DNA from: an uncultured virus (IMG/VR IMGVR_UViG_3300013119_000533)
Lineage: Duplodnaviria > Heunggongvirae > Uroviricota > Caudoviricetes
Reading direction: 5' to 3' (one strand)
IMG/VR virus record: IMGVR_UViG_3300013119_000533
Coordinates: 62,001-123,337 of that record
DNA: 61,337 nucleotides
This document shows, piece after piece, positions 36,491 through 46,054 of the stretch (positions are counted from its first letter, which is position 1; each line of letters opens with the position of its first letter). The notes under the pieces were generated by a model. It saw only the letters and a list, made by a program, of their open reading frames with translations, ran no database searches and was not told the origin of the DNA. The position numbers and the translations under genes are program-made.

Positions 36491-37193
36491 TGTTTTTCTC
36501 CATAATTTCAAATTGCTTAACAATGTTAACAAACTGTCTTAGGGAATCTTGGTCAAAAGATCCCAAATGTCCCCCCTCCAACTTGGTTTGAGAAAAGATA
36601 TTATTAGAATAGTGCTTCTCAAGTATCGTAGCACCGCGAGAATGGGCGCGTAGCGCCGCTCCGATGCCAATTGTATGATCACTATACCCCGAATACCCAG
36701 GACGCTTAAAATGGGGCATTTTTGCCAATTTTTGATCGTCTAAATATGTAGGATATTTGGATACACAAAACAAATACTCCACCTGTTCACTGTGCCCGAA
36801 AGGAAAATCTGCGAAATCATGCATTCCAGTTGAAACAATTGTTGGTTTGCCGTCTGACAATATCAATTCACAGAGGCGTGGATCCGACTTAGAAGTTCTG
36901 CTTGCAATCTTGTGTGTCTTTACACCCAAACTGTCTAACCACTCAAACCTCTCCTCATCAAAGACAGACGCCATGAATTCAATTCCTATATTATCACAGT
37001 ACTTTGCCAATGCATAAGCATCCTGAAAAGAGACGTCCCTATATTTCTTATTAGTTACTCCCAACAACTTCTCAGAATCCATCAGTTGGACTTTCACAGC
37101 GTCGGCGCCACCTTGAAAAGCACTTAGAGACATTCTCTTCAGTTCATCCAATGAACCATGATGTTGATTACAAAGATCAAGAATAATTTTCAC
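36480..37193 (-). CDS. neuB: NeuB-family nonulosonic acid synthase (no C-terminal SAF domain)
   Basis: NQHHGS, GADAVKVQ, SVFD, HKIAS, IVSTGM, CVSKYPT, GYSDHT, ILEKHY. Confidence 0.92.
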   Translation of the reverse strand: MKIILDLCNQHHGSLDELKRMSLSAFQGGADAVKVQLMDSEKLLGVTNKKYRDVSFQDAYALAKYCDNIGIEFMASVFDEERFEWLDSLGVKTHKIASRTSKSDPRLCELILSDGKPTIVSTGMHDFADFPFGHSEQVEYLFCVSKYPTYLDDQKLAKMPHFKRPGYSGYSDHTIGIGAALRAHSRGATILEKHYSNNIFSQTKLEGGHLGSFDQDSLRQFVNIVKQFEIMEKNSEF

Positions 37194-37857
37194 TTTTAAA
37201 TCTCCTTAAATTAATTTCAGCTCTTTCCACTATCTCAGGGTTCTTATCTTTATTTTGATATAGGGTACCCTTAGATTCTAGTTTCTTCTTATTTATCTTG
37301 TTTGCAATTATATCATCTATGTTTTCAGATAGCAAGCGAAATCCCGTCTGACAAGATTTATAAAACAAGGTATCTAAATTATCAAACCTATCTATGTCGA
37401 TATTGTCGTCTGCCACTATACTACCTGCATCGATTGTATTGTCTATATAATGAAGTGTAGCGCCAATTAAGTCTGGTTTATTATCGTACATTGCCCACAA
37501 AGAACTATCAACACCCCTATAATGCTCAACCAACCCAGTGTGAATATTAACACATCCATATTCAGGTAATTCAAATATTTCTTTTTTTAAAAGTGGGGCA
37601 CCAAACACAAATCCGACTTTAGGATCCAACTTAGCAAGAGACTGTAGGACAAAATTAGAATGCAGCTGGTGCTTAGAGCACCTCAATATGTTGGTTCTGT
37701 GCAACAAAGACAAGTCAGAATTGAAATAATCCGCTTCCTCTTGAGTTATGTGACCCTTGTCGATCACCACAACAAGTGGTATTTCCACCCTTTCATAGAG
37801 CGTCTCCAAGAACTTCATATGTCTTGGGTGGTTTGATGTAATTGCAAAACAACTCAT
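37177..37857 (-). CDS. Formyltransferase (10-formyl-THF dependent, sugar N-formyltransferase-like)
   Basis: VNIHTGLVEHYRG..W..GATLHYIDNTIDAGSI. Confidence 0.9.
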   Translation of the reverse strand: MSCFAITSNHPRHMKFLETLYERVEIPLVVVIDKGHITQEEADYFNSDLSLLHRTNILRCSKHQLHSNFVLQSLAKLDPKVGFVFGAPLLKKEIFELPEYGCVNIHTGLVEHYRGVDSSLWAMYDNKPDLIGATLHYIDNTIDAGSIVADDNIDIDRFDNLDTLFYKSCQTGFRLLSENIDDIIANKINKKKLESKGTLYQNKDKNPEIVERAEINLRRFKSENYS

Positions 37858-38543
37858 AACTTGTACGGTAATTTCCCTAATCTCTTAAATGCTTCCGCTC
37901 GACGGTTGGGGGCAATACTGTAACCTCTAACTAAAGATATGCCATTAAGATACTGCTCTATGCCTGGTATTACACCTCTCTGAGATGTATAGACTGCCAT
38001 GGCCTCACACTTTGTTATGTATTCCTTAGTTATATCTACAACAAAGTCTGGATTTTCAAAAGGATCCAATATCTCACACTGCAAGACCATATCCACTGTA
38101 TGTGTTGGTCCCAATTCTTCCATGATGTTTTCTGTGGATTTCCAACAAGACTCTTCGACGATATTCGATGTAATCCTGTGGTCTCTGTGTTTACATATAT
38201 CGCTATGAGTTATGACAATATTTGGTCGAACTTGTCTAATCTTTTGTATGACTTTGTGAAACGTTTGTTTATCATTCCTTATCTCTTGACAAGGAAGTCC
38301 CAAAGTTGAAACTTCTTTTACTCCAAGAATATGACATGCATATGTTGCTTCTTTCATTCTTACACTGGTTATGTCGTCTTGCAATCCAGATCCCTGTTCA
38401 TAACCCGTTGCGCCGTCAGTCATAAAACAAACGTGCACCTTTGCGCGCTGTTTTGACCATTTAGCAATCGTACCGCCACATCCAATCGTTTCGTCGTCCT
38501 GATGTGCGACGAAAACCAAAACCCTCTTTCCGCTCAATTCCAA
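37854..38543 (-). CDS. PIG-L/LmbE family N-deacetylase
   Basis: VAHQDDETIGCGG, TDG, R..EA, HRDH, AEAF. Confidence 0.92.
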   Translation of the reverse strand: MELSGKRVLVFVAHQDDETIGCGGTIAKWSKQRAKVHVCFMTDGATGYEQGSGLQDDITSVRMKEATYACHILGVKEVSTLGLPCQEIRNDKQTFHKVIQKIRQVRPNIVITHSDICKHRDHRITSNIVEESCWKSTENIMEELGPTHTVDMVLQCEILDPFENPDFVVDITKEYITKCEAMAVYTSQRGVIPGIEQYLNGISLVRGYSIAPNRRAEAFKRLGKLPYKL

Positions 38544-39100
38544 CGATCGTTCCTTCTCTTAATGAACTCTACATCATTCAAAGTATGTACATCGTGAATA
38601 TCACAAACATATACTCCACACTTTGTACTTAAGTCTTTTTGAAAGACATATCCCCGCTTCATTATCCTAAATGCTGCGTTCTGCATTAAGTCAGGAGATA
38701 CGCTTATTAATTCATTTCTATCATTCTCTATAAACGTCCTGATTGCGTCATCCAAAACCTCTCCAGTTATCTCTGGTGAATTCGCCTGTAATGAAATGTA
38801 GATATTTGCTTCGGCGTCATTGTCTTCCATGTAAAGTACCGCGCTGCGGATTGCTTCCATCTTATAGACATGATCTTGCGACAGTTCTGGGTCTCTCCTA
38901 TGCAGACTTGCTCCATACCTGGCAGCAACGGAAGAAACTTCTTTATCCTCTGTTGTGACCCAAACATCCGTTATTAATTCACTTGCCTGCGCAGCCTTAA
39001 TAGACCAAGCAAGCATAGGGTGTCCCCAGATTGGATAAATGTTTTTACGCGGCAATCTCTTGGATCCACCACGCGCAGGAATTATTGCTGTTATTTTCAT
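38534..39100 (-). CDS. neuA: Acylneuraminate cytidylyltransferase (CMP-nonulosonate synthetase)
   Basis: AIIPARGGSKRLPRKNI, WVTTED, LQANSP, DVHT..D. Confidence 0.9.
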   Translation of the reverse strand: MKITAIIPARGGSKRLPRKNIYPIWGHPMLAWSIKAAQASELITDVWVTTEDKEVSSVAARYGASLHRRDPELSQDHVYKMEAIRSAVLYMEDNDAEANIYISLQANSPEITGEVLDDAIRTFIENDRNELISVSPDLMQNAAFRIMKRGYVFQKDLSTKCGVYVCDIHDVHTLNDVEFIKRRNDRWN

Positions 39101-39101
39101 A

Positions 39102-40130
39102 TTAAGATGTTAACACATCCAGGAGATTTTTACAAGAATTTTTGTGATCATACAACCACTCGCGCTTACATTTCCTAAAAGAATCAGTATGATCACTGTC
39201 AACAAGCAATGTAATCATTTCTTCTAGTTTGCCTGTATTGAAAGATCTATCTAGTCCCTTCAAATTTAAACAGAAATCATAATCATACAGAAAATCATAA
39301 GTAACTCTGTGTTTTGACTTTCTCCCATGACGGACTTCTGGTTTTATATCGAAGTTTATTAAAGGAACCTCATGCATCACACATTCCTCTATCGTCGTTG
39401 ATCCAGAGTTCACCACCAAATCACAAACCTCTAACAATTCTTGTGTGGAGTGAGGGTACCAGGATGCGTCAGAAAAGACCTTGTTTCCATTATCCAGCAA
39501 ATCCTTTATAGTATTATTATGTAAGGTGTCCTTGCCTCTCGTTTTCACAATCACCTGCCACCCTAACTCATTGAAGTTTTTTATGATATCGATCGGCATC
39601 TTATGGAGATCTCTAGACTTAGGCCACATAAACAGGACCTTCTTCTTGTTTGGGTCTAGAGAATATTTCTTTATTACGGTCTCGACATCTAATCGAACAT
39701 CATACTTTGGAATGCCTGTAAAAAGATTCTTTTCAGACACTAGGTCATAAAACTTTGCTACATTCTCACTAGGCATAACAACATGGTCAACGATATCGAT
39801 GTACTTCTGATAGGAGAGTGTATAATCCGTCTGGTAGCAAAGAGTTACCTTCTTTGCTTTTGTGTTCTTTTTTATAATATCAATGCCAGACTCTTCTGAT
39901 GTAATTATAATACCCTCTGCATCAATAATTTTTCGTCCTTCTCTAATCTCTACGTTGAGTTGTTCGCAGGCAGATTTTAAAGATATCTCATGCAACAGAG
40001 GGCAGTTATACTTGTTTGAAGGAACAACATAAAATATAGATTTCATGCCTCGGGCGTTACCCTCTAGAACCAATGGAATAAAATATCTCAAATGAGTCAT
40101 CTCTCTGAGAAAGAAATTAATTTCCTTCAT
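39102..40130 (-). CDS. GT-B fold transferase (TagF/CMP-sugar transferase-like); candidate nonulosonate transferase
   Basis: TGIPKYD, IVKTR, CDLVVNSGSTTIEE..VP motifs; adjacent to neuA. Confidence 0.6.
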   Translation of the reverse strand: MKEINFFLREMTHLRYFIPLVLEGNARGMKSIFYVVPSNKYNCPLLHEISLKSACEQLNVEIREGRKIIDAEGIIITSEESGIDIIKKNTKAKKVTLCYQTDYTLSYQKYIDIVDHVVMPSENVAKFYDLVSEKNLFTGIPKYDVRLDVETVIKKYSLDPNKKKVLFMWPKSRDLHKMPIDIIKNFNELGWQVIVKTRGKDTLHNNTIKDLLDNGNKVFSDASWYPHSTQELLEVCDLVVNSGSTTIEECVMHEVPLINFDIKPEVRHGRKSKHRVTYDFLYDYDFCLNLKGLDRSFNTGKLEEMITLLVDSDHTDSFRKCKREWLYDHKNSCKNLLDVLTS

Positions 40131-40377
40131 TTTGACGTAACTCCCTCAAATCCTTTCTTATTTCGTCCACATCTTTTTGAAGGTTCTTCAATTCAGCAGT
40201 CATCAGTCCTATTTGAATTGTTAAGTTCTTGTTCTTATTCTTCTTTGCTTCGTGTGCTACAATTTCTGTAGTGATTGCGTTTGATTCAGCTGTACCTTTC
40301 ATGATCATAAAACCACTCAACACCAACAGCAATAGCAGCCCAATCGCTGCCAGGTCTACAACTTTAGATAACTTCAT
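40117..40377 (-). CDS. Small single-TM coiled-coil protein (86 aa)
   Basis: N-terminal hydrophobic helix and C-terminal heptads; ATGA coupling. Confidence 0.7.
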   Translation of the reverse strand: MKLSKVVDLAAIGLLLLLVLSGFMIMKGTAESNAITTEIVAHEAKKNKNKNLTIQIGLMTAELKNLQKDVDEIRKDLRELRQNEGN

Positions 40378-40985
40378 TTTACACTCAAACTACAGAGCGT
40401 GTAAAACCTGCCCTTTATGCTATCTCTAAAAGTTATAATATTTTCAACACCAATATCCGCTCGGGACAGATCCTCAGAATGTACAATTTGATCATCGTGA
40501 TTGTACTGTACATCATAATCCCCGTCATACAACTCTGGAAAGAATGGTAAAATGGTTTGACTGTTGTTCTTTTTGATGAACGTTTCCTTTCCGTTCATTA
40601 GAACTGGATTGCCTGTCATAAAATCAAAAATCACACTCGTGTTAGTTGAGGATATATTCTTGAGATTCTTGAGAAGTTTCTCTCTGGAGTCACACAAGTA
40701 TAAGACCCTCAAACCAAGAACAAGATCGTACCCACTTATTTCCCATTCTGAATGGACATCCCATTTCTTAGATCCTTCAAATTCCTCATTGTTGAGATCA
40801 TAAAAATCGTGCTTCAAGTCATTGTTAACACCAGACATGATAGAGTCGTAAAGAAACTTATCCTTTGCCATTCTTGGATGCTTCTGTCCCAACCAAGCAA
40901 CAGTCGACCCAACGGGTAGTTCGTTTAAAATTTCACTAACAGTAGAGGTGTATCTTTCCGCTACCTCAAAATCGGTCATTCCCAT
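40374..40985 (-). CDS. Putative SAM-dependent methyltransferase-like protein
   Basis: VAWLG, FYD, YDLVLGLRVLY pattern; AAGGAG RBS before ATG 40985. Confidence 0.5.
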   Translation of the reverse strand: MGMTDFEVAERYTSTVSEILNELPVGSTVAWLGQKHPRMAKDKFLYDSIMSGVNNDLKHDFYDLNNEEFEGSKKWDVHSEWEISGYDLVLGLRVLYLCDSREKLLKNLKNISSTNTSVIFDFMTGNPVLMNGKETFIKKNNSQTILPFFPELYDGDYDVQYNHDDQIVHSEDLSRADIGVENIITFRDSIKGRFYTLCSLSVK

Positions 40986-41111
40986 AAACAATCTCCTTTT
41001 TTATTATAAGTCCAAGTTGCATGCCGCTTTCAACAGATATTACCTCCGACTTTTAAATCAAATTTTTCAATAGATTGTTCTAAAAATAACTTTGTTGCAA
41101 AGTCCACTTAT

Positions 41112-41903
41112 TTAACTCCCTTCACTACAATCTGAAATAATAGCACTACAAAGATCATACCAGTCTTTATAATACACTTTCCCTTGTTTGTAATACTTGC
41201 CAAACATTTTCATCGTGCCTCGACCTAAATGTACATATATCACTTTATTTTTCTTGAGATTTAATGCTCTATCAAGTCCTGCTTTTACGCCCAAAGACCT
41301 CCAAGGTTCATCACATAAATCAATTAGTTGCTTGTTGTTAATTGTGTTTTCAAAACAAAATGTTTTTAGGTTCTCATCCCTACAGTAAACTGTTAAAATA
41401 TCTCCAACATCCATATTTTTATCAAATTGTGGTTTTACACCCACCTTCTTCAATATTTCTGTTTTTACGAAAAGTCCTGCAACATGAATCGCAGAAACTT
41501 TATTTGGAAACAAGGAAGTTCCAACTATGCAATTACCCTCTTCGATTTTTAACAACGAATCAGTAAAAAATTCTTCACTAGTAACAATACAGTCATTGTG
41601 ACACAAGAAGGTGTAATCAGACTGTATCTTATCCATAACAAACTCTATTGCAGAACAATTTGCCCAAGATCCTTTATTGTTAGATGAATCCTCTCCCGTA
41701 TCAGCACTAGGATTGTTGTACCATTCTATCTTGTCAGATAATGCTAAAATATCATCCTTATAAGAGGTTTCATATGAATTCTCAACAACGTGATATTTCA
41801 AAGTTAAGTTTTTTGGTTTATGCATTTCCATACTTTGTATTAAGCATGATACCAGCATTTTGGATTTGTAAGACGGAACTATTACTTCAATTGAATGTGT
41901 CAT
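41112..41903 (-). CDS. Glycosyltransferase family 2-like
   Basis: IEVIVPSY, HVVENS, GS.AN, FLCHNDC, DVG, HLGRG; start moved to ATG 41903 (GGAG RBS). Confidence 0.85.
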   Translation of the reverse strand: MTHSIEVIVPSYKSKMLVSCLIQSMEMHKPKNLTLKYHVVENSYETSYKDDILALSDKIEWYNNPSADTGEDSSNNKGSWANCSAIEFVMDKIQSDYTFLCHNDCIVTSEEFFTDSLLKIEEGNCIVGTSLFPNKVSAIHVAGLFVKTEILKKVGVKPQFDKNMDVGDILTVYCRDENLKTFCFENTINNKQLIDLCDEPWRSLGVKAGLDRALNLKKNKVIYVHLGRGTMKMFGKYYKQGKVYYKDWYDLCSAIISDCSEGS

Positions 41904-42576
41904 AATACTCTCCAATGATAAACTTAGTACCCCTAGATATAGATTGCTTGCTTTCATTTTCGTTATAATGTTTTCTTTTCATTACTCTAAAGTCAACACT
42001 AACTCTAGTCTGCCCAGTGGTGTTAGGTTTATTTCCGTGCAGCAAATTAGCACCATTCCACATATAAGCATCACCATAATCTGCTTCAAAAGGTGAAAAA
42101 TCTTTTTTGTTAGGTTCGCTTTCTACCCACATAGTGTTAGTACCGAAAGCAACCGTAAATGGCACAAAAAAGTTAATTTCATGTTCTGAATGATTGTAGT
42201 CGATATCTCTATGCCAACCACCCACCGCAACGTTTCCTGGTGCGTGAACTCTAAAAGTTGGTACTCTCTGAAATATAAAATCATCTCCATTCATCAGTGG
42301 AGTAACAATCTCGCGAACAAAATTTCGATATACATTTACAAATTCCATATCTCCACTATTAATGGGTTCATAAAATTTTTTATGATACCAAGTTTTGTTA
42401 TCTTCTCCAATCTTGTGAAGTTCTTTGTATGACACATCCTTGGAATTTTCAATCAAATGGAATGTCACTTCCATGCCAGCTGGACTAAAGTGCTCAAAAC
42501 TCTTCACAAATGCTCTCGTTAAATTTCTTGATTTATATGTTGGAACTATAACCTCCAAGACATCAAGACTACTCAT
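41887..42576 (-). CDS. Chimeric protein: ~50-aa GT2 N-terminus fused to a StrG-like 2OG-Fe(II) oxygenase
   Basis: First 50 aa align with the neighbouring GT2 N-terminus; the rest has FQRVPTFRV, WHRD..H, EINFFVP, LHGN..N.TGQTRVSVDFR. Confidence 0.75.
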   Translation of the reverse strand: MSSLDVLEVIVPTYKSRNLTRAFVKSFEHFSPAGMEVTFHLIENSKDVSYKELHKIGEDNKTWYHKKFYEPINSGDMEFVNVYRNFVREIVTPLMNGDDFIFQRVPTFRVHAPGNVAVGGWHRDIDYNHSEHEINFFVPFTVAFGTNTMWVESEPNKKDFSPFEADYGDAYMWNGANLLHGNKPNTTGQTRVSVDFRVMKRKHYNENESKQSISRGTKFIIGEYYDTFN

Positions 42577-43274
42577 AATAAACCCTCCAAAAAAACAAAT
42601 TCTTTATTGTCACAATTATTTAAAAATTCAATAAGCGAATGAGACTTCTCTGAATCTAGGAAATTCCCGTCCCATTCGCACGCATGATACACTATACCAC
42701 ACTTCTCTTCGACTTTTAATGGTCTAAAGGGAGGATATTGATTAGAAAATGTACTAGGGTACATCTTCTCGGCACCGTCATATACCTTCATTGCATGCTC
42801 AACATCTGTTAGGGCAAAGGTGTGGAACCCCCTATCGCTTAAGCATTTAAAAGCATCAGGATTCATTCTCCAGGCTGGTGGTCTGAATATCTTCTTAAAT
42901 TTAGAATCCAAACCAGACTTGGCAACCTCTTCAAACATCAAATCGATCTTGTCATTGGTTTCATCGTATGTCAAGTGTTGAAATTCATCGTTGTCTGACC
43001 TGCCTGGTATACCATGATAATATCCGTGATATCCTATTTCGTAATTTTTAGGATCTAAATCAGAAATCTCTTCACAAAAATCTGGGAAGTTTGATAAACT
43101 TAATGGCACCCTCGTTGCTGTGCCGTGCTTAATTGTACGCCAATAAGACACTGGTATAAACAAAGATATCTTGACTTCTGGATGGGCTTGGATTAATTCT
43201 TCACAATTTTCCAAAACCCTTGTCGAAGAAAATGGGTGCGGACTTACATCATCTATACTTATGTTGATTTTCAT
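42573..43274 (-). CDS. Polysaccharide deacetylase (NodB/DUF2334-like)
   Basis: ISIDDV, EIGYHGYYH, FRPPAW. Confidence 0.85.
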   Translation of the reverse strand: MKINISIDDVSPHPFSSTRVLENCEELIQAHPEVKISLFIPVSYWRTIKHGTATRVPLSLSNFPDFCEEISDLDPKNYEIGYHGYYHGIPGRSDNDEFQHLTYDETNDKIDLMFEEVAKSGLDSKFKKIFRPPAWRMNPDAFKCLSDRGFHTFALTDVEHAMKVYDGAEKMYPSTFSNQYPPFRPLKVEEKCGIVYHACEWDGNFLDSEKSHSLIEFLNNCDNKEFVFLEGLL

Positions 43275-44182
43275 TACACCCTCCTTATAATATCACAATA
43301 TTGGTCGATGACCAGGTCGTTTGTATCCTTATATTTTAAGCAATCCTGCTTATAGTTCACATAATTATCCCTAACTTCCCTCAACGACTCAATCATATTA
43401 GAAAAATTTGTATATTCTTTACCGCCAAGGGCACAATACTCTGGAATGCTACCACCAGTATTCCTATAAACGACTGGCAATCCAACCGCTAAAGACTCAA
43501 GGACGTGATTTGCTCCCGCTTCTTCCTCAGACGCCGTTAAGTATATGTCATAGTTCGGCAAGTGAGATATGAGATTTACTGCGCCCATGGGTGGGAATTG
43601 GTTCGTGAAGGTGCACCCTCTCGGAACTTGTCCAATATAATGAAATTCGAACTCTCCCGTTTGTTGACATAGATCATCAAACTTCTTATACAAGTCAAAC
43701 CCCTTCTTTGGGTTTGTAGACCAGTGATGCGTCACAATTCGAGGAACTTTCGGCAACTCCACTCTCTCATTCCTATTTTCATAAAACTCCCTCATCGGGC
43801 AGTTATATATCACACTATGGTTTTCACCAGAGTAGTTGACATACTCCATCGCCCATTTGCTTGGGAATATAAAATAATCTGATTTATCTAAACACTGCCT
43901 AACCATGTGCGTCAGTTCGGGTTTTCCGTGCGTACCAACATCTCCAACTCTTTGTATTATTTTTGTTTTTGGGAATAATTGCCTGTATGAATATAGGTGG
44001 TTTATGTTTTCCCCAAATGCATTAGGTCGTGGGTCGAAGCAGAATATTACATCTATATTTTCTTGCAGCTGGTATACAACAGTATGGCCATCGTTCAAGA
44101 GTTTTTCCGACAACCTATTTACAGTCTTTGCGCCGCCGCCCCACGGTCCTTTTTTCGGTTGCCTGTTGATATAAACTTTCAT
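43274..44182 (-). CDS. Glycosyltransferase family 4
   Basis: GPWGGG, KKGFD, EAGANHVLESLAVGLPVV. Confidence 0.9.
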   Translation of the reverse strand: MKVYINRQPKKGPWGGGAKTVNRLSEKLLNDGHTVVYQLQENIDVIFCFDPRPNAFGENINHLYSYRQLFPKTKIIQRVGDVGTHGKPELTHMVRQCLDKSDYFIFPSKWAMEYVNYSGENHSVIYNCPMREFYENRNERVELPKVPRIVTHHWSTNPKKGFDLYKKFDDLCQQTGEFEFHYIGQVPRGCTFTNQFPPMGAVNLISHLPNYDIYLTASEEEAGANHVLESLAVGLPVVYRNTGGSIPEYCALGGKEYTNFSNMIESLREVRDNYVNYKQDCLKYKDTNDLVIDQYCDIIRRV

Positions 44183-45141
44183 TTTAAAAGATTGATGTCG
44201 TTCGTTACCATTTTTTTCACCAACTCTTGAAAGTTGACTTTAGGTTTCCATCCAAGATCTTGGGCAGCAAGAGAACTATTACCACGAAGAACGTCTACCT
44301 CGGCAGGTCTCATAAATCTTGGATCTTGCTTTATGTATCCTGACCAATCATCGATTCCGACGTGAGCGAAAGCGTGAGTTAAGAAGTCTTTAATAGAATG
44401 CGTTTCACCAGTTGCAATAACATAGTCGTTTGGACTATCTTGCTGTAACATTAACCACATCGCTTCAACATAGTCTGGGGCATATCCCCAATCTCTCTTC
44501 GCTTCCAGATTTCCTAATGAAATGTGATCAGCAAGTCCCAAGTGTATCCTCGCTACGCCGTCTGATATTTTACGTGTTACAAACTCTACCCCTCTTCTTT
44601 CCGATTCGTGATTGAACAGGATACCAGAACATGCAAAAATGTCGTACGACTCTCTGTAGTTCTTTGTAATCCAATGTCCATATAACTTGGCAACTCCATA
44701 GGGAGATCGTGGGTAGAATGGCGTCGTCTCTTTAGCGGGGTTTTCTATCATTCTCCCAAACATCTCAGAAGAACTTGCTTGATAAAATTTCACTGGTTTG
44801 CCGTATTCACGAATTGCTTCCAACATCCTTAATACACCAAGACCAGTCACTTCGCTAGTATATTCTGGGGTGTTCCAACTCTCACCTACAAAGGATTGTG
44901 CTGCTAAATTATAAACCTCGTGAGGATCACTCTCCTTCAAGCATCGTACTAATGAATTCTGATCCGTCATGTCTCCATTAACAAACGTTATCTTTCCCTC
45001 TAGGTGTTTTGTGTTTGTTCTATTCTTTGTGGAAGATCTGCGTTCAACGCCCCAGACCTGATATCCCTTAGATAGAAGGAGATCTGCAAGGTGCGATCCA
45101 TCCATTCCATTGATTCCTGTTATTAGTGCTCTACGAGACAT
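44179..45141 (-). CDS. gmd: GDP-mannose 4,6-dehydratase
   Basis: ALITGINGMDGSHLA, YNLAAQS, YQASSSEMFG, PRSPYGVAKLY, LFNHES.RRG..FVTRKI, RDWGYA. Confidence 0.97.
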   Translation of the reverse strand: MSRRALITGINGMDGSHLADLLLSKGYQVWGVERRSSTKNRTNTKHLEGKITFVNGDMTDQNSLVRCLKESDPHEVYNLAAQSFVGESWNTPEYTSEVTGLGVLRMLEAIREYGKPVKFYQASSSEMFGRMIENPAKETTPFYPRSPYGVAKLYGHWITKNYRESYDIFACSGILFNHESERRGVEFVTRKISDGVARIHLGLADHISLGNLEAKRDWGYAPDYVEAMWLMLQQDSPNDYVIATGETHSIKDFLTHAFAHVGIDDWSGYIKQDPRFMRPAEVDVLRGNSSLAAQDLGWKPKVNFQELVKKMVTNDINLLK

Positions 45142-46054
45142 CGTGAACCTCCTTAAATATTTTTATATACTCTTTCTTGTGTTTAATGATATCATACTTT
45201 TTAACTTTATTAAAGTTATTCTCTACATCTTCTACTGTTGGCAAGTATGTGTTTTTCGTTATATCAAAGACACAATTCTCACACAAAACCTCTTCTGATA
45301 ACCCCACAGGGTTAGATATCACTGGAACCTTCATTGCAGATGCTTCAAATAGCGCCTGTGGACCACCCTCATGGCGAGATGACACAACATATAGGTCACA
45401 GGCAGCGTACATCTTTTTAATGTCTTCTATGGGCGCAAGTTCGACATATTTGTAATCTATCCCAGCTGCTTGTAGTCTGTTTATTACGTATTGTCTGCGC
45501 CATCCCCCTAAAAGAACTAGCGTATCTTTATTTGCAATCTTCTCCACATAATCGCAAAAAAGGTCAGGGCCCTTTTCCAACTTCGGAGAAACCAAATCGC
45601 TGCCCTCCGTATCTCTCTGAAAAGACCCTATTACAAATCGATCTTTATCGATCTGAAGTTCGGATCTGCACTCCTGCTTATCCATAGGATTCCATAAACT
45701 CGAATTGAACCAATAACTTGCCACATTGACTGGTTTTTGAGTCAATTGCTTTACGAAGTGTTCGGTATGCTTATTTGGGACGTGGTATGCATCCACAAAT
45801 GTGTCCCTGATTAAGAATTCGTTTAAGTTTTGTTTATTAAACTTTTCAGGCACAATGTGATGAATAGTACAAACAACCTTTTTCGACTCTAAGTATTGCC
45901 GAGGAATCCTGGCCCACTGCCAAGGAGCAACAATCCACAAAACATCACACTCAGCAATATTTTCAGTAACCAAGTTTGGATTGTTCTCGTACCACTCCTT
46001 CCTTATCCTATCAACTATCCAGGATTCTTTTGGGTCGTTCAAATATACCTTCAC
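45131..46054 (-). CDS. Glycosyltransferase family 4
   Basis: EKGPD, YAACDLYVVSSRHEGGPQALFEA. Confidence 0.9.
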   Translation of the reverse strand: MKVYLNDPKESWIVDRIRKEWYENNPNLVTENIAECDVLWIVAPWQWARIPRQYLESKKVVCTIHHIVPEKFNKQNLNEFLIRDTFVDAYHVPNKHTEHFVKQLTQKPVNVASYWFNSSLWNPMDKQECRSELQIDKDRFVIGSFQRDTEGSDLVSPKLEKGPDLFCDYVEKIANKDTLVLLGGWRRQYVINRLQAAGIDYKYVELAPIEDIKKMYAACDLYVVSSRHEGGPQALFEASAMKVPVISNPVGLSEEVLCENCVFDITKNTYLPTVEDVENNFNKVKKYDIIKHKKEYIKIFKEVHDVS

